This document shows positions 15,001 to 20,219 of a stretch of DNA of 64,000 nt, piece by piece. How positions within the stretch are numbered: the stretch's first letter is position 1; each line of letters starts with the position of its first letter. The notes beneath the pieces were generated by a model. It worked only from the letters and a program-made list of their open reading frames with translations. It was not told where the DNA came from and did no database searches. The position numbers and the translations under genes were made by a program. The stretch is from Minisyncoccota bacterium (GTDB lineage Bacteria; Patescibacteriota; Minisyncoccia; Phycocordibacterales; SBAW01): contig DASZRD010000009.1 of assembly GCA_035549255.1 (NCBI GenBank), forward strand, positions 49,071 to 113,070, in the 5' to 3' direction.

Positions 15001-18000
15001 ACCGGCAACGTCTACGTTGCCGGTGCCATCGGTATCGGTACCAAGAGCCCATGGGCCTCGCTCGACGTGAATGGCAGCATTGCGATCGCCAACAACAACG
15101 GCGGCAGCACCAACAAGCTCTATCTCGCCTCAGGCGACGGCACGCACTATATATATTCGACCGGTTCTGGCGTGGGCGGCAACAACACCTACTTCGGTGA
15201 ATGGGGCGGCAACTATCACTTCCTCGATACGAGCAATTCGTCCGAGCCGGTTACTATTACCGGAGGCAATCTTGGTGTCGGGACCACGACGCCGACTGCA
15301 AAACTCTCGCTCCAGTACAACTCGGGCGATACGCAGACGACTCTCTTCGCGATCGCGTCCTCAACCGGCAGCACAGCGGTAAACCTCTTCTCGGTCGACA
15401 ATACCGGGCTCACGACGATTGGCAATCCGACCGGTACCGGCGACGCGAATATCCAGTTCGGCGGCGACGCTACGGCATGGTCGGTCGGCAACTACGGGGG
15501 CGACAATTCCTTCCGTATTGCATCCTCGACCAACCTTGCCAACAACGTAGCCTTCGAAGTTACTAAGGCCGGTACCGCCTCGACAACGAACCTTACCATT
15601 TCTTCGCTCGGGGCTTCAGCTGGCAGTTGTCTCACCACCGATTCAAGTGGCAATGTGACAACCACTACATGCGGCGGAGGCGGCTCACCATTCCCATTCA
15701 CGCCGTCTGCGCTTGGCAACTCGACTTCGACTCTGCTTCTCCTCAACAACGGCGTCATTGCCGCAGCGTCTTCCACAATCGGTAATGGCAATCAGAACGG
15801 CGGTCTCACAGTGAGCGGTGGTGCCACCACAACCGGCAACGCGTACTTCGCTGGAAATGTAGGGATTAATAATACTCTTGCAGTTGGGGGGAACGTGGTT
15901 ACTTCCGGAGCGCAGATAGACTCTGCTGGGGTCATTTACTCTCATGGAACCGGAGGCATTAGCTTTGCCTTGAACAGCACTGGCAGTAATTATGGAACCA
16001 TCCAGAATGATGCGCCCGACACATGGTCTCTGGGTACCAACAGTATGCTCACTGGTCTCGGTACGCACGTTCTAACTTGGACAAAGGCTGGCAACATCGG
16101 CATCGGTACCTCGACGCCGGCCAGCCTCCTCACGGTAAGTAATAGCAATACGGGCACACTCACGTACGACGGCACGTCGCTTACGGTCTCGCCGGTCGGT
16201 ACTACGACGACCGCAGGCGCTGTGACCATCACGCCGGGAGCGGCGGGAGGTCCGGGCCTCGGCATCAAAGGATTCAATGGTAACAGCATCGCGCAAATCT
16301 TCACATCCTCCGGCAGCCTCCGCACGCTTCAGATAACTAATACCGGCGCGGGTGGTCTTCAGACAGTCTTTGCGGGCGGTACTGGCAAGAACTTGATCGG
16401 CATCGGGACGACATCGCCGTTTGCTCCGCTCTCAATAGCGGCCAACGGTGGCGACACTAACCCGACACTTTTTGCGATCTCCAGCTCAACCGCCGCCTTT
16501 GCTACCACGACGCTCTTCTCGGTCTCCAACACCGGCTCGACCACCATCGCCAACGGTGTCAACATCACGAGCGGCTGCTACGCGGTCAACGGTACCTGCC
16601 TCTCGACCGGTGGTAGCGGCGGCTCACCATTCCCATTCACGCCGTCTGCGCTTGGCAACTCGACTTCGACCCTGCTTCTCCTCAACAACGGCGTCATTGC
16701 TTCCGCATCCTCGACCATCGGCAACGGTACTGCCGCAGGTGGGCTCACGGTCAATGGCAATTCGACGACGACGGGGAGCCTCTATACTGGCGGCGGTATC
16801 ACGATTGCAGGCACGAACCCGAGCTTCGTATCCCTTTCGGAAAATAACGGCGGGGTTAGCTTCATTAACTATCTCGGCAGCGGCAGTGACGGCACTGGGA
16901 CTTATATCACTAACACATCGAACCATTCTCTGTTCCTCGGCACCAATAATACGACCAAGCTTACGATCGCTGCGGGCGGCAACGTTGGCATAGGCTCAAC
17001 CACGCCGGGCACCCTTCTCTCGATCGGCAGCGTCAACGGCATTAACTTCACCACGGCGACCTCGACCTTCAATTCGACCGGCGGCATCAATATTACGAAC
17101 GGCTGCTATGCGGTGAACGGCGTTTGTCTCACGACCGGCGGCGGGAGCAGCCAATGGACCACGAGCGGCTCGAGCATCTACTACAACACCGGCAGTGTCG
17201 GCGTCGGCACCTCTTCACCGTTCGCCAAGTTCTCGGTCCAGCAGAATTACGGCGACACGCAGACGACGCTCTTCCAGATCAGCTCGTCGACGGCTACCGG
17301 CGGCGCAACCGCTAACTCCTTCTTCTCGGTCGACAATACCGGCCTCACGACGATTGGCGATCCTTCCGGCACCGGCGATGCGAACTTCCAGTTCGCCAAT
17401 GACAACCACGCCTGGTCGGTCGGCTACTATGCGGGCGACAACTCCTTCCGCATCGCGTCGGGCACGTCGCTTGCCTCCAACCCGGCTATCTCCGTCGATA
17501 AGAATGGCACGACGACCATATCCAACGGCGTCAACATACAGTCGGGCTGCTTCTCGGTACAGGGGACGTGTCTCAGCTTCTCGAGCGGAGCCGCGGACTC
17601 GCAATTCGTTAGTACCGACGGTCAGGCGAACATCACCACCTCGACGACCTCGCTCGCCACCATCAGCATCACGCCTTCCACGGCGACTGGCGACGTCTTT
17701 GTCAGCGCGAAGGTAAGCATGTCTTCCAAGACGGCCACCGACTTTATTACCAGCATTGCTGTTCGGGATACGACCTGCACCGGCACGATCTTTGCCCAGG
17801 CGATGGCGAGCTCGACCTCCGCGTCCGGCTCCAACGGTTCGACCGCCTTTGCCAACGGCCTCGAGAACAACCCTGGCACGACGAGCCAGACATACGCGCT
17901 GTGCGCGAGCGATACGTCAGGGACCAACCCGGCGACCTACTTCCTCTCGGCACTCGTCATCAACCCCGGCGCCGACGTGGCAGAGCTTTACTCGACGCTC

Positions 18001-19170
18001 GATGCCGGTATTCAGCCTGGCGACATCGTTTCGGCAGATACGACGCATTTCGAGGGTGTGCGCAAGAGCAGCCCGTATGCTGATTCGCAGCTGATGGGCG
18101 TCGTCTCCACCAACCCGAGCGTCGTCATCGGTACCCCGGTCAATCAAAACGGCAATATCGTGCCGATCGCCTTGCGCGGCCGCATCCCGGTGAAGGTCAA
18201 CCTCGAGGGCGGCGATATCGCCGTGGGCGACCGGATCACGCTCTCGTCGGTGTCAGGCGTCGGCAAGAAGGCGGGTGACCTCGACCAGAGCATCGGCATC
18301 GCTCTTGAGCCGTTCACCGCGCAATCGACGACCACCTCCGTGCTCGTGTTCCTCGACATGCAGCAGGGCGACAACGTCGGCGCGCTCACTAATACTCTGC
18401 TCGGCACCTCGACCGCCACCAGCACTGCTACCAGCACGCCGCAAACAGGCTTTCTCTCGGTGCTCTTCTCCCGCATCGCGAGCTGGCTCGGGGGCGCTGG
18501 CAACGGCATCGCGAACATCTTCACGCAGACGCTCACGGCGACCGTCGTCAACGCCGATACGGTCAACACCAAGCAGCTCTGCATCACCGACGCCTCGGGC
18601 GGCAAGACCTGCGTCACCAAGGCCCAGCTCGACCAGCTCCTCCAGGGCCAGGGAGGTAGCGCGGGCTCTGGCGCAGGGTCCGGTTCAGGTTCGGGCGGCG
18701 CAGGATCGGGCAGCGGCACGACGATGCCCGCAAGCCCCGACCCTGACGCGCCGACGATCACGATCAATGGCGCCAACCCGGCGATGCTCGTGGTAGGCGA
18801 CACGTATGCCGACCTTGGCGTGACGGTGAGCGACGCGCAGGATCAGAATCTCGGCTACCTCGTTTCGCTCGACGGTGCTGCGACCACGACGCCCGACCAG
18901 ATCCATATCGACACGTCGGCCGCAGGAACGCATACCATCACGTACGTCGCGACCGATAACGACGGCAATGTCACGACCGCGCTGCGCACCGTAATCGTCC
19001 AGGATGCGGCGAGCTCGACGCCGTCCGTGCTTCCGCCGGTTGATACGGGCGATACCGGTACCACGACCGGAAGCGGCGCCGATGCGGGCGGCACGGCGAC
19101 CTCGACCGATGCCGGGGCGGGTGCCGGTACCGCACAGGGCGGCGAGGGCACGACTACTCCGGCGGAGTAA
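1..19170 (+). CDS. Giant repetitive cell-surface protein, 5'-partial; more than 6387 aa lie in the window
   Basis: The open frame continues from base 1 with no stop upstream of 7 and ends at TAA 19168-19170. It is Ser/Thr/Gly/Asn-rich. Its parts are 44-aa SQNGYLSS-DWT-FNNK repeats, an LVIVD-like propeller, repeated CGGGGSPFPFTP modules, a GS linker and an Ig-like C-terminus. Confidence 0.85.
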   Translation, partial: AVVGDNSFTFDGTTLNAPAAVFTTLTNLGSANLGTVSTGVWHGTAIADSYVADNLTISGGTINNTPIGAATPSTAVFTNATSTNATTTNFYASGQTRLGSLTGLVSANGGIVTAVATNTLGLLGSTSLSATAPLAYNSSTGVFSISQASGSQDGYLASVDWTQFNNKVSSTSLSATGPLAYNPATGVFSLDQAGTSQDGYLSSADWNVFNNKISSSSLSAAGPLSYNSSTGQFTISQASGSQNGYLSSGDWTIFNNKVSSSSLALVINQAYPFPQAGNGTSTLTQFNGGITAYASSTISALTSIFATTSSFAILNVPSALLTTNAQGQVVATSTLGVAYGGTGSSTLGGILIGNGRGSVTSANVSAPLSFSGNTLSIQAASGSQNGYLSSADWTTFNNKISSTSLSAAAPLSYNSSTGQFTISQASGSQNGYLSSSDWNSFNARLSTTTLGLFDKGYFFSTTSADYYLSQQSLVGFSTTSANYWKTQNNFFSTTSAIYFANASTTIPKTYTANTFTGAQTFQNGITTNALSVGSLTGPLQAIGGVVSSTSTLSIIYGGTGTSTPPTYGKVLLGNAQGGYDLVGTSSLGLITNNSLSAIVPLQYNTGTGVFSIQNAKADSSTLGAATFASNDFNDNGSGLISIDYANAQKATGSQAGLLASSDWNVFNNKISSSSLSGASVIAYNGTTGVISTQAGTFGGNASSVYTFPGDLVTTGTATTTNLYIGGTISGANLSSCSGASDKLLWNSSTQQFSCGTDAGASGSDVNWTHFNNSGIRVTTATDQVLIGFTSTSSLSKLEVHGGATIDNATTTNLVTTGVAYFSGNVGIGTTSPYQSLTVASGNILQVAGSNPTLATSTAVGGSTYGVYTSGNYAYVAAGSVRIVDTTQPGASKVVGSYTGTTQAQSIVVSGKYAYVGDASAGLAILDVSNPASPTLVGSLNYSTVGHPLSIALSGRYLIVPDFDSGKVSVVDIANPAAPAVVGTYTTGGAPATVALSGKYAYIGDQADGNIYIEDISNPAKPVALSPYTGLLGPQAIYISGRYAYVADIAGGLYALDISNPASVSLAGSKTGTGYYTVEVAGDYAYVTDSSGNLVVLDVHNLGSITTAGTYATGVSPRGLALSGKYAYVTSGNSTLKVVDINGAKLPAASIGTIETNSINVADAVKVGGDGFFGGGLNVGASGIFSRGGLAVLGSTTLTDLIAKNATTTNATSTNLYASSLIAGNATSTNLSVSGVASTSNLYISNLVAGALAITASGKAYSFSTSTWTFASSTLLGDSNTFSGGNKFTGNTTLANATSTNFALTNITNALLSTNANGSIIPTTISSPLTFSGNTLSIQQATASQNGYLSLTDWNTFNDKISSTSLSGASVISYDSSSGVITTQPGTFGGSGTYAFPNDVQANGNITAEVDGGASSGPNINLVNSGGFGVGGINFFTYAGQTVPSAQWEAEDVGNWTADQIFSTSVGGGTDAPLAARLIIKGTTGYVGIGTTSPLTTLSVGGNTYLGGSLTATGTVQFSNLAAGAVAATANGQLYTFSTSTWTFASSTLLGDSNTFSGNDTFTTAPKLGSLTGLVAGNSGNLYGLSTSSLNASITGQAGNVANSVTFNNGGSGASSGSTFNGSSAVTISYNTIGAVPATRNINTTFPLQGGGSLASDLTITSAFGTTTTTGLTPNQILYTNANGVLTTAASSTLNLPNAALQNSSVTVNGITCTLGSTCTVASTTLLANSNIFSGNNTFTGNTTLANATSTNLALTNITNALLSTNGSGSIIPTTVSSPLTFSGNTLSIQQANGSQNGYLSSTDWTQFNNKVSSSSLATIINSAYEFPGNATSTQLTFNGGLVATGATTTNLAVTGTASTSNLFISNLAAGALGINASGKAYSFSTSTWTFASSTLLSDSNTFSGNNKFTNPITLGTLNGPLQANNGVVSATSSVGVLYGGTGLTSAPSYGNILVGNSSGGYTLTATSSLGLASLSSFSATAPLSYDSSTGVFSISQANGSQNGYLSSVDWTAFNNKISSTSLSGGTGINYTSSTGVITNTGVIAVGPAGQTQNGTVTIASTTASFNGLTFGVQTVGAAGTLTNTPTIAGTLDNSGLTHSTIGLADANSTLTVSGSPAALGASLSATLNLAHGNIWTAASTTFVGGVTIGSATTTNLVATNATTTNLAITSLANTLLSVNAQGAVVATSSLSVNYLAGVLPVGNGGTGSSTLGGILTGNGTGQVTSAQVSSPLTFSGNTLSIQAASGSQNGYLSSTDWTTFNNKISSTSLSASAPLSYNSSTGQFSISQANGSTNGYLTSSDWTQFNAKVSSSSLALVINQAYEFPNNATSTQIAFNGGLTAAGATTTNLSVSGTASTSNLFISNLAAGALGINATGKAYSFSTSTWTFASSTLLGDNNTFSGTDTFTNAPKLSTLTGLISGNSGTLYGTATGTVSGSNGISVTAGQSIIGSGLTITATNAVADASTKGVATFAANDFNDNGSGLISIDYANGQLASGSQNGFLSNSDWNSFNSRLSTTTLGLFDKGYFFSTTSASYFLAQNQGNAFSTTSAIYFANASTTIPKTYTANTFTGAQTFQNGITTNALSLGTLSGPLQANNGVVSATSSIGVLYGGTGLTSAPSYGTILVGNSSGGYTLTATSSLGLAALSSFSATAPLQYDNTTGIFSITQANGSTNGYLSSVDWTAFNNKISSTSLSATGPLSYNPSTGVFAISQANGSTNGYLSSTDWNTFNQKVSSSSLYSYVAGNKDWQIINGALSPTTTLGIGVYASSTIGNGAQSGGLTVNGGATTTGNAYFAGNVGIGTQSPSARLDINASYTTTGFPLSVKNSGYYNAYFQGTNANNQASFYMENDRGSFASYGGFLYGGSTSGLSNLFGAPRADRLFMFADGASNLGYYVGTLTAQPFVIGTNNLERARVDGTTGYVGIATTSPLTTLSVGGNTYLGGNLTATGTVQFTNLSAGAVAATANGTLYTFSTSTWTFASSTLLGDNNTFSGNNTFTNVPKLGGLTGLVAGNSGNLYGLSTTSLNASITGQAGNVANAVTFNNSGSGASSGSTFNGSSAVTISYNTIGAQVAGTYVTSVGATYPLISSGGTAPVISSAFGTSTNWGLGANGIVVTNASGVPFIAASSTLNLPNSALQNSTITVNGIAFNLGDSKTITAASSTLLANSNTFSGNNTFTGNTTLANATSTNLALTNITNALLSTNGSGSIIPTTVSSPLTFSGNTLSIQAASASQNGYLSSTDWTQFNNKVSSSSLAAVVNQAYEFPSNATSTQIAFNGGLTATGATTTNLSVTGTASTSQLYISNLSTGGLGISSTGKVYSFATSTWTFASSTLLGDSNTFSGNNTFTNAPKLGSLTGLVAGNSGNLYGLSTSSLNASITGQAGNVANSVTFNNGGSGASSGSTFNGSGALTVSYNTIGAQVAGTYVTSVNATYPLLSSGGTAPTISTAFGTTTNTGIGSNLFIYTDNNGVFKGAASSSLNLPNSALQNSSITINTSGGLTGGAAVSLGNSISLGCQAASGSQAGCLSSTDWTTFNNKVSSSSLAALNYAAYPFYAAGNATTTLTQFNGGLTAYASSTIGNGILGLTVNGPATTTGNLVVQGSGTSTIAGSLSVSGNLNFNGNLLQNGVPFSSSQWITNGSSIYYGTGNVGIGTSTPYAKLSVAGDIVGGTINATSTTATSTIAGSFNVGNGALSYDVNSGITSINNLQLGAQTFDADAGILSWIDMPVTSASSAGTVESYSAQIDGNPLLTIYSQSDGSGGIQNAAVGIGTTSPFAMLSVQGSGYLAGSLTITGITATGTVQLTSLTGGAVAANPNGTLYTFATSTLTSASSTLLGDSNTFSGNNTFTNAPKLGSLTGFVAANNGTLYQLASSSLNLPNAALQNSSITINGTAFNLGDSKTVAAASSTLLGDTNTFSGTQNAFTNKVGIGTTSPRTTLQVAAGGSGILPQASSIAAFESNSNGYISLLTPDSAENGLLFGSPTGGNADAGIIYNNNTNLRGLTFRTGGNNTHMVIDSSGNVGIGTTSPGATFAVAGDGYLTGALTVGGQTTLAASLNGLLKATNGVVSAAVAGTDYSNFAYPFPLTGNATSSLTQFNGGLTAYATSTIGNGAQAGGLTVSGGATTTGNAYFGGNVGIGTNAPTSALTLALGNSIALYNTADQTTNYERGQIDWTSNALRIETVGGGSGSNSRSVILSSGGANLVTASAGTVKVTLNGGTSGVGPGVLTNGSFNGASTNQVVQSIAPTFNQSGTSGYTALLIQPTETAVGSGNKYLIQAGTSTAATLFAVDNAGNITTNITGSTQCLHVNSSGVISGTGADCGAGGSPFPFTPLALGNATSTLLLLNNGVIAAASSTIGNGTAAGGLTINGSATSTGTTTIQNAFAVTGTNGGVPVSGAGTRLEFIPNLGALRAGQVSSTQWDASNIGTSSFATGLDTTASGGYSAALGYRATASGVGSFAGGYFTDCGMGIISSGIGSFAYGYLNHGVTGCAFTQIQASGNGSVAMGYALAGRTITATQSGSIALGYANNGSITSSGIGSFAVGDGNITSSGSGSVALGYGESGLLSATGQGAVAIGANVNATQNNALAFGSSFTNNIASTFQVGFSATPTLTVTATNTGIGTTSPYAKFSISANGSDTNSTLFAIASSTSGTATSTLFAVSNIGTITTTLGAGAVGVNSLGQLYSFATSSGSAASSTLLADYNTFSHLQQFNGGFTAYASSTIGNGAQIGGLTVSGGATTTGNAYFAGNVGVGTVSPGSTLDVGGTAQLRGAGGGTGLYVNSSGNVGIGTTGQNAKLEIRQDGNGVQTQLVLRNNQGSSNGATSRLGFGVYRDVDATALGAAIDAITTAGIPNGDNAEGAILAFSTTKDGTSGLQERMRILNTGNVGIGTKNPQATLDVQGTASSSNLFVTNAATTTSLAITGLTSQSCIGTNSQGQVVAGTCGGGGSPFPFTPSALGNSTSTLLLLNNGVIATASSTIGNGTATGGLTVNGNSTTTGNVYVAGAIGIGTKSPWASLDVNGSIAIANNNGGSTNKLYLASGDGTHYIYSTGSGVGGNNTYFGEWGGNYHFLDTSNSSEPVTITGGNLGVGTTTPTAKLSLQYNSGDTQTTLFAIASSTGSTAVNLFSVDNTGLTTIGNPTGTGDANIQFGGDATAWSVGNYGGDNSFRIASSTNLANNVAFEVTKAGTASTTNLTISSLGASAGSCLTTDSSGNVTTTTCGGGGSPFPFTPSALGNSTSTLLLLNNGVIAAASSTIGNGNQNGGLTVSGGATTTGNAYFAGNVGINNTLAVGGNVVTSGAQIDSAGVIYSHGTGGISFALNSTGSNYGTIQNDAPDTWSLGTNSMLTGLGTHVLTWTKAGNIGIGTSTPASLLTVSNSNTGTLTYDGTSLTVSPVGTTTTAGAVTITPGAAGGPGLGIKGFNGNSIAQIFTSSGSLRTLQITNTGAGGLQTVFAGGTGKNLIGIGTTSPFAPLSIAANGGDTNPTLFAISSSTAAFATTTLFSVSNTGSTTIANGVNITSGCYAVNGTCLSTGGSGGSPFPFTPSALGNSTSTLLLLNNGVIASASSTIGNGTAAGGLTVNGNSTTTGSLYTGGGITIAGTNPSFVSLSENNGGVSFINYLGSGSDGTGTYITNTSNHSLFLGTNNTTKLTIAAGGNVGIGSTTPGTLLSIGSVNGINFTTATSTFNSTGGINITNGCYAVNGVCLTTGGGSSQWTTSGSSIYYNTGSVGVGTSSPFAKFSVQQNYGDTQTTLFQISSSTATGGATANSFFSVDNTGLTTIGDPSGTGDANFQFANDNHAWSVGYYAGDNSFRIASGTSLASNPAISVDKNGTTTISNGVNIQSGCFSVQGTCLSFSSGAADSQFVSTDGQANITTSTTSLATISITPSTATGDVFVSAKVSMSSKTATDFITSIAVRDTTCTGTIFAQAMASSTSASGSNGSTAFANGLENNPGTTSQTYALCASDTSGTNPATYFLSALVINPGADVAELYSTLDAGIQPGDIVSADTTHFEGVRKSSPYADSQLMGVVSTNPSVVIGTPVNQNGNIVPIALRGRIPVKVNLEGGDIAVGDRITLSSVSGVGKKAGDLDQSIGIALEPFTAQSTTTSVLVFLDMQQGDNVGALTNTLLGTSTATSTATSTPQTGFLSVLFSRIASWLGGAGNGIANIFTQTLTATVVNADTVNTKQLCITDASGGKTCVTKAQLDQLLQGQGGSAGSGAGSGSGSGGAGSGSGTTMPASPDPDAPTITINGANPAMLVVGDTYADLGVTVSDAQDQNLGYLVSLDGAATTTPDQIHIDTSAAGTHTITYVATDNDGNVTTALRTVIVQDAASSTPSVLPPVDTGDTGTTTGSGADAGGTATSTDAGAGAGTAQGGEGTTTPAE
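382..777 (+). repeat. Three tandem 132-bp (44-aa) repeats 'LSA..PL.YNSSTG.F.ISQASGSQ(N/D)GYLSS.DWT.FNNK.SS.S'. More copies are dispersed at about 1080-1320, 3960-4090, 5320-5460, 5890-6080, 6680-6930, 7930-8220, 9630-9770 and 10540-10640.
   Basis: Found by direct inspection of the translated giant ORF and its DNA. Confidence 0.8.
2560..3440 (+). repeat. Eight '(S/A)G.YAYV...L.(I/V)(L/V)D(V/I)SNPA.P..VG.Y' blades, matching the LVIVD-repeat beta-propeller pattern, inside the giant protein
   Basis: The unit recurs every ~40 aa: SGNYAYVAAGSVRIVD..., SGKYAYVGDASAGLAILDVSNP..., SGRYLIVPDFDSGKVSVVDIANP..., SGKYAYIGD..., SGRYAYVADIAGGLYALDISNP..., AGDYAYVTDSSGNLVVLDV..., SGKYAYVTSGNSTLKVVDI... Confidence 0.6.
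14851..14958 (+). repeat. ~100-bp near-identical intragenic direct repeat, copy 1 (GGSPFPFTPSALGNSTSTLLLLNNGVIA module)
   Basis: An ~81-bp stretch 'ggctcaccattcccattcacgccgtctgcgcttggcaactcgacttcgac(t/c)ctgcttctcctcaacaacggcgtcattgc' starts at 14851, 15682 and 16621 and differs at only one base in the third copy. A diverged copy sits at ~12982. Confidence 0.85.
15682..15789 (+). repeat. ~100-bp near-identical intragenic direct repeat, copy 2
   Basis: See copy 1. Confidence 0.85.
16621..16730 (+). repeat. ~100-bp near-identical intragenic direct repeat, copy 3
   Basis: See copy 1. Confidence 0.8.
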
Positions 19171-19183
19171 TATATAAAGATCC

Positions 19184-20158
19184 ATGAAAAAATGGCTGAT
19201 CATCGGTTTGCTTATCCTCGCCGTCGGGGTGTCCCTGGGTTTGTGGGCGTCGCGCATGCTTGTAAGGAGCGCGCCTTCCTGCTCGGCAGAGTATCCGTTG
19301 CTGGACGACTCCGTCGGATGCGACGATGCGCAGCCCGTCATAACCAAGACGAGCTATACCGCGCTGCAGCAGAGCCTGCTTGCATACATACAAAATGAGA
19401 AGAGTTCGGGGGACACGGCCGATATAGCGATCTTTTTCCGCGACCTTAAGGACGGACCGGTGTTCGGCATCAACGAGCTTGAGGATTTTACGCCCGCGAG
19501 CCTGCTGAAGCTCCCGCTGGCGTTCGCCTATCTCAATGTCGCCGACGAGTACCCGGATTATCTGCAGAAGGAGCTCTTCTATACCGGTACCTCGTCCGTG
19601 ATCGATCAGAATTTCCCGCCCCCCGTCTCCGTCAAGGCCGGGCAGCCGTATACGCTCGAAGAGCTTCTGCAGTACATGATTTCGTACTCCGACAATGGCG
19701 CCTACCAAATGCTCAACGATTATCTCGCTGGCGACCCGAGCCGCAAGGTCCTCCTCGACCAGACCTTCCAGGAGCTCGGTATCATCGACCCCGCGAGCGA
19801 GGATGCGAACACGGTCAGCGTGCGGAGCTATGCGTCGCTCTTCCGGCTGCTCTACAGCGCGGCGTATATCAGCCCCGACCACTCGCAGCTCCTCCTCCAG
19901 TGGCTCTCGGACTCGTCCTTTACCCAGGGGCTGGTTGCGGGCGTACCCGAAGGGGTCACCGTCGCCCACAAATTCGGCGAGCGCTCATTGCCGGACGGCA
20001 CGAAGCAGCTCCATGACTGTGGCATCGTCTATTTTCCGGAGAACCCCTACATCTTGTGCGTCATGACGAAGGGGAGCGACTGGACCAAGCTTGAAGGCGT
20101 GTTGCGGACCGTCTCGCAAATGGTCTATGCGGAAGTCTTATCGAGGAAGCAGAACTAG
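19184..20158 (+). CDS. Membrane-anchored serine hydrolase with a class A beta-lactamase / PBP-like fold
   Basis: It has an N-terminal TM helix, an S-x-x-K motif (PASLLKLP), an SDN motif (YSDNGA) and a K-x-G motif (HKFGE). Its start is 13 nt after the giant gene's stop. Confidence 0.6.
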   Translation: MKKWLIIGLLILAVGVSLGLWASRMLVRSAPSCSAEYPLLDDSVGCDDAQPVITKTSYTALQQSLLAYIQNEKSSGDTADIAIFFRDLKDGPVFGINELEDFTPASLLKLPLAFAYLNVADEYPDYLQKELFYTGTSSVIDQNFPPPVSVKAGQPYTLEELLQYMISYSDNGAYQMLNDYLAGDPSRKVLLDQTFQELGIIDPASEDANTVSVRSYASLFRLLYSAAYISPDHSQLLLQWLSDSSFTQGLVAGVPEGVTVAHKFGERSLPDGTKQLHDCGIVYFPENPYILCVMTKGSDWTKLEGVLRTVSQMVYAEVLSRKQN

Positions 20159-20199
20159 CGGGCTTGAACGCGCGAGGAATTAATTTCTGATTAGGTATG

Positions 20200-20208
20200 T
20201 GCGATAAT
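20200..20208 (+). promoter_or_regulatory. Candidate extended -10 promoter element TGcGATAAT, 11 nt upstream of the ATG of cassette 1
   Basis: TG at 20200-20201 is followed by GATAAT at 20203-20208. The same architecture sits at 24745-24753 before cassette 2. Confidence 0.4.
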
Positions 20209-20219
20209 AATAGAACGAT

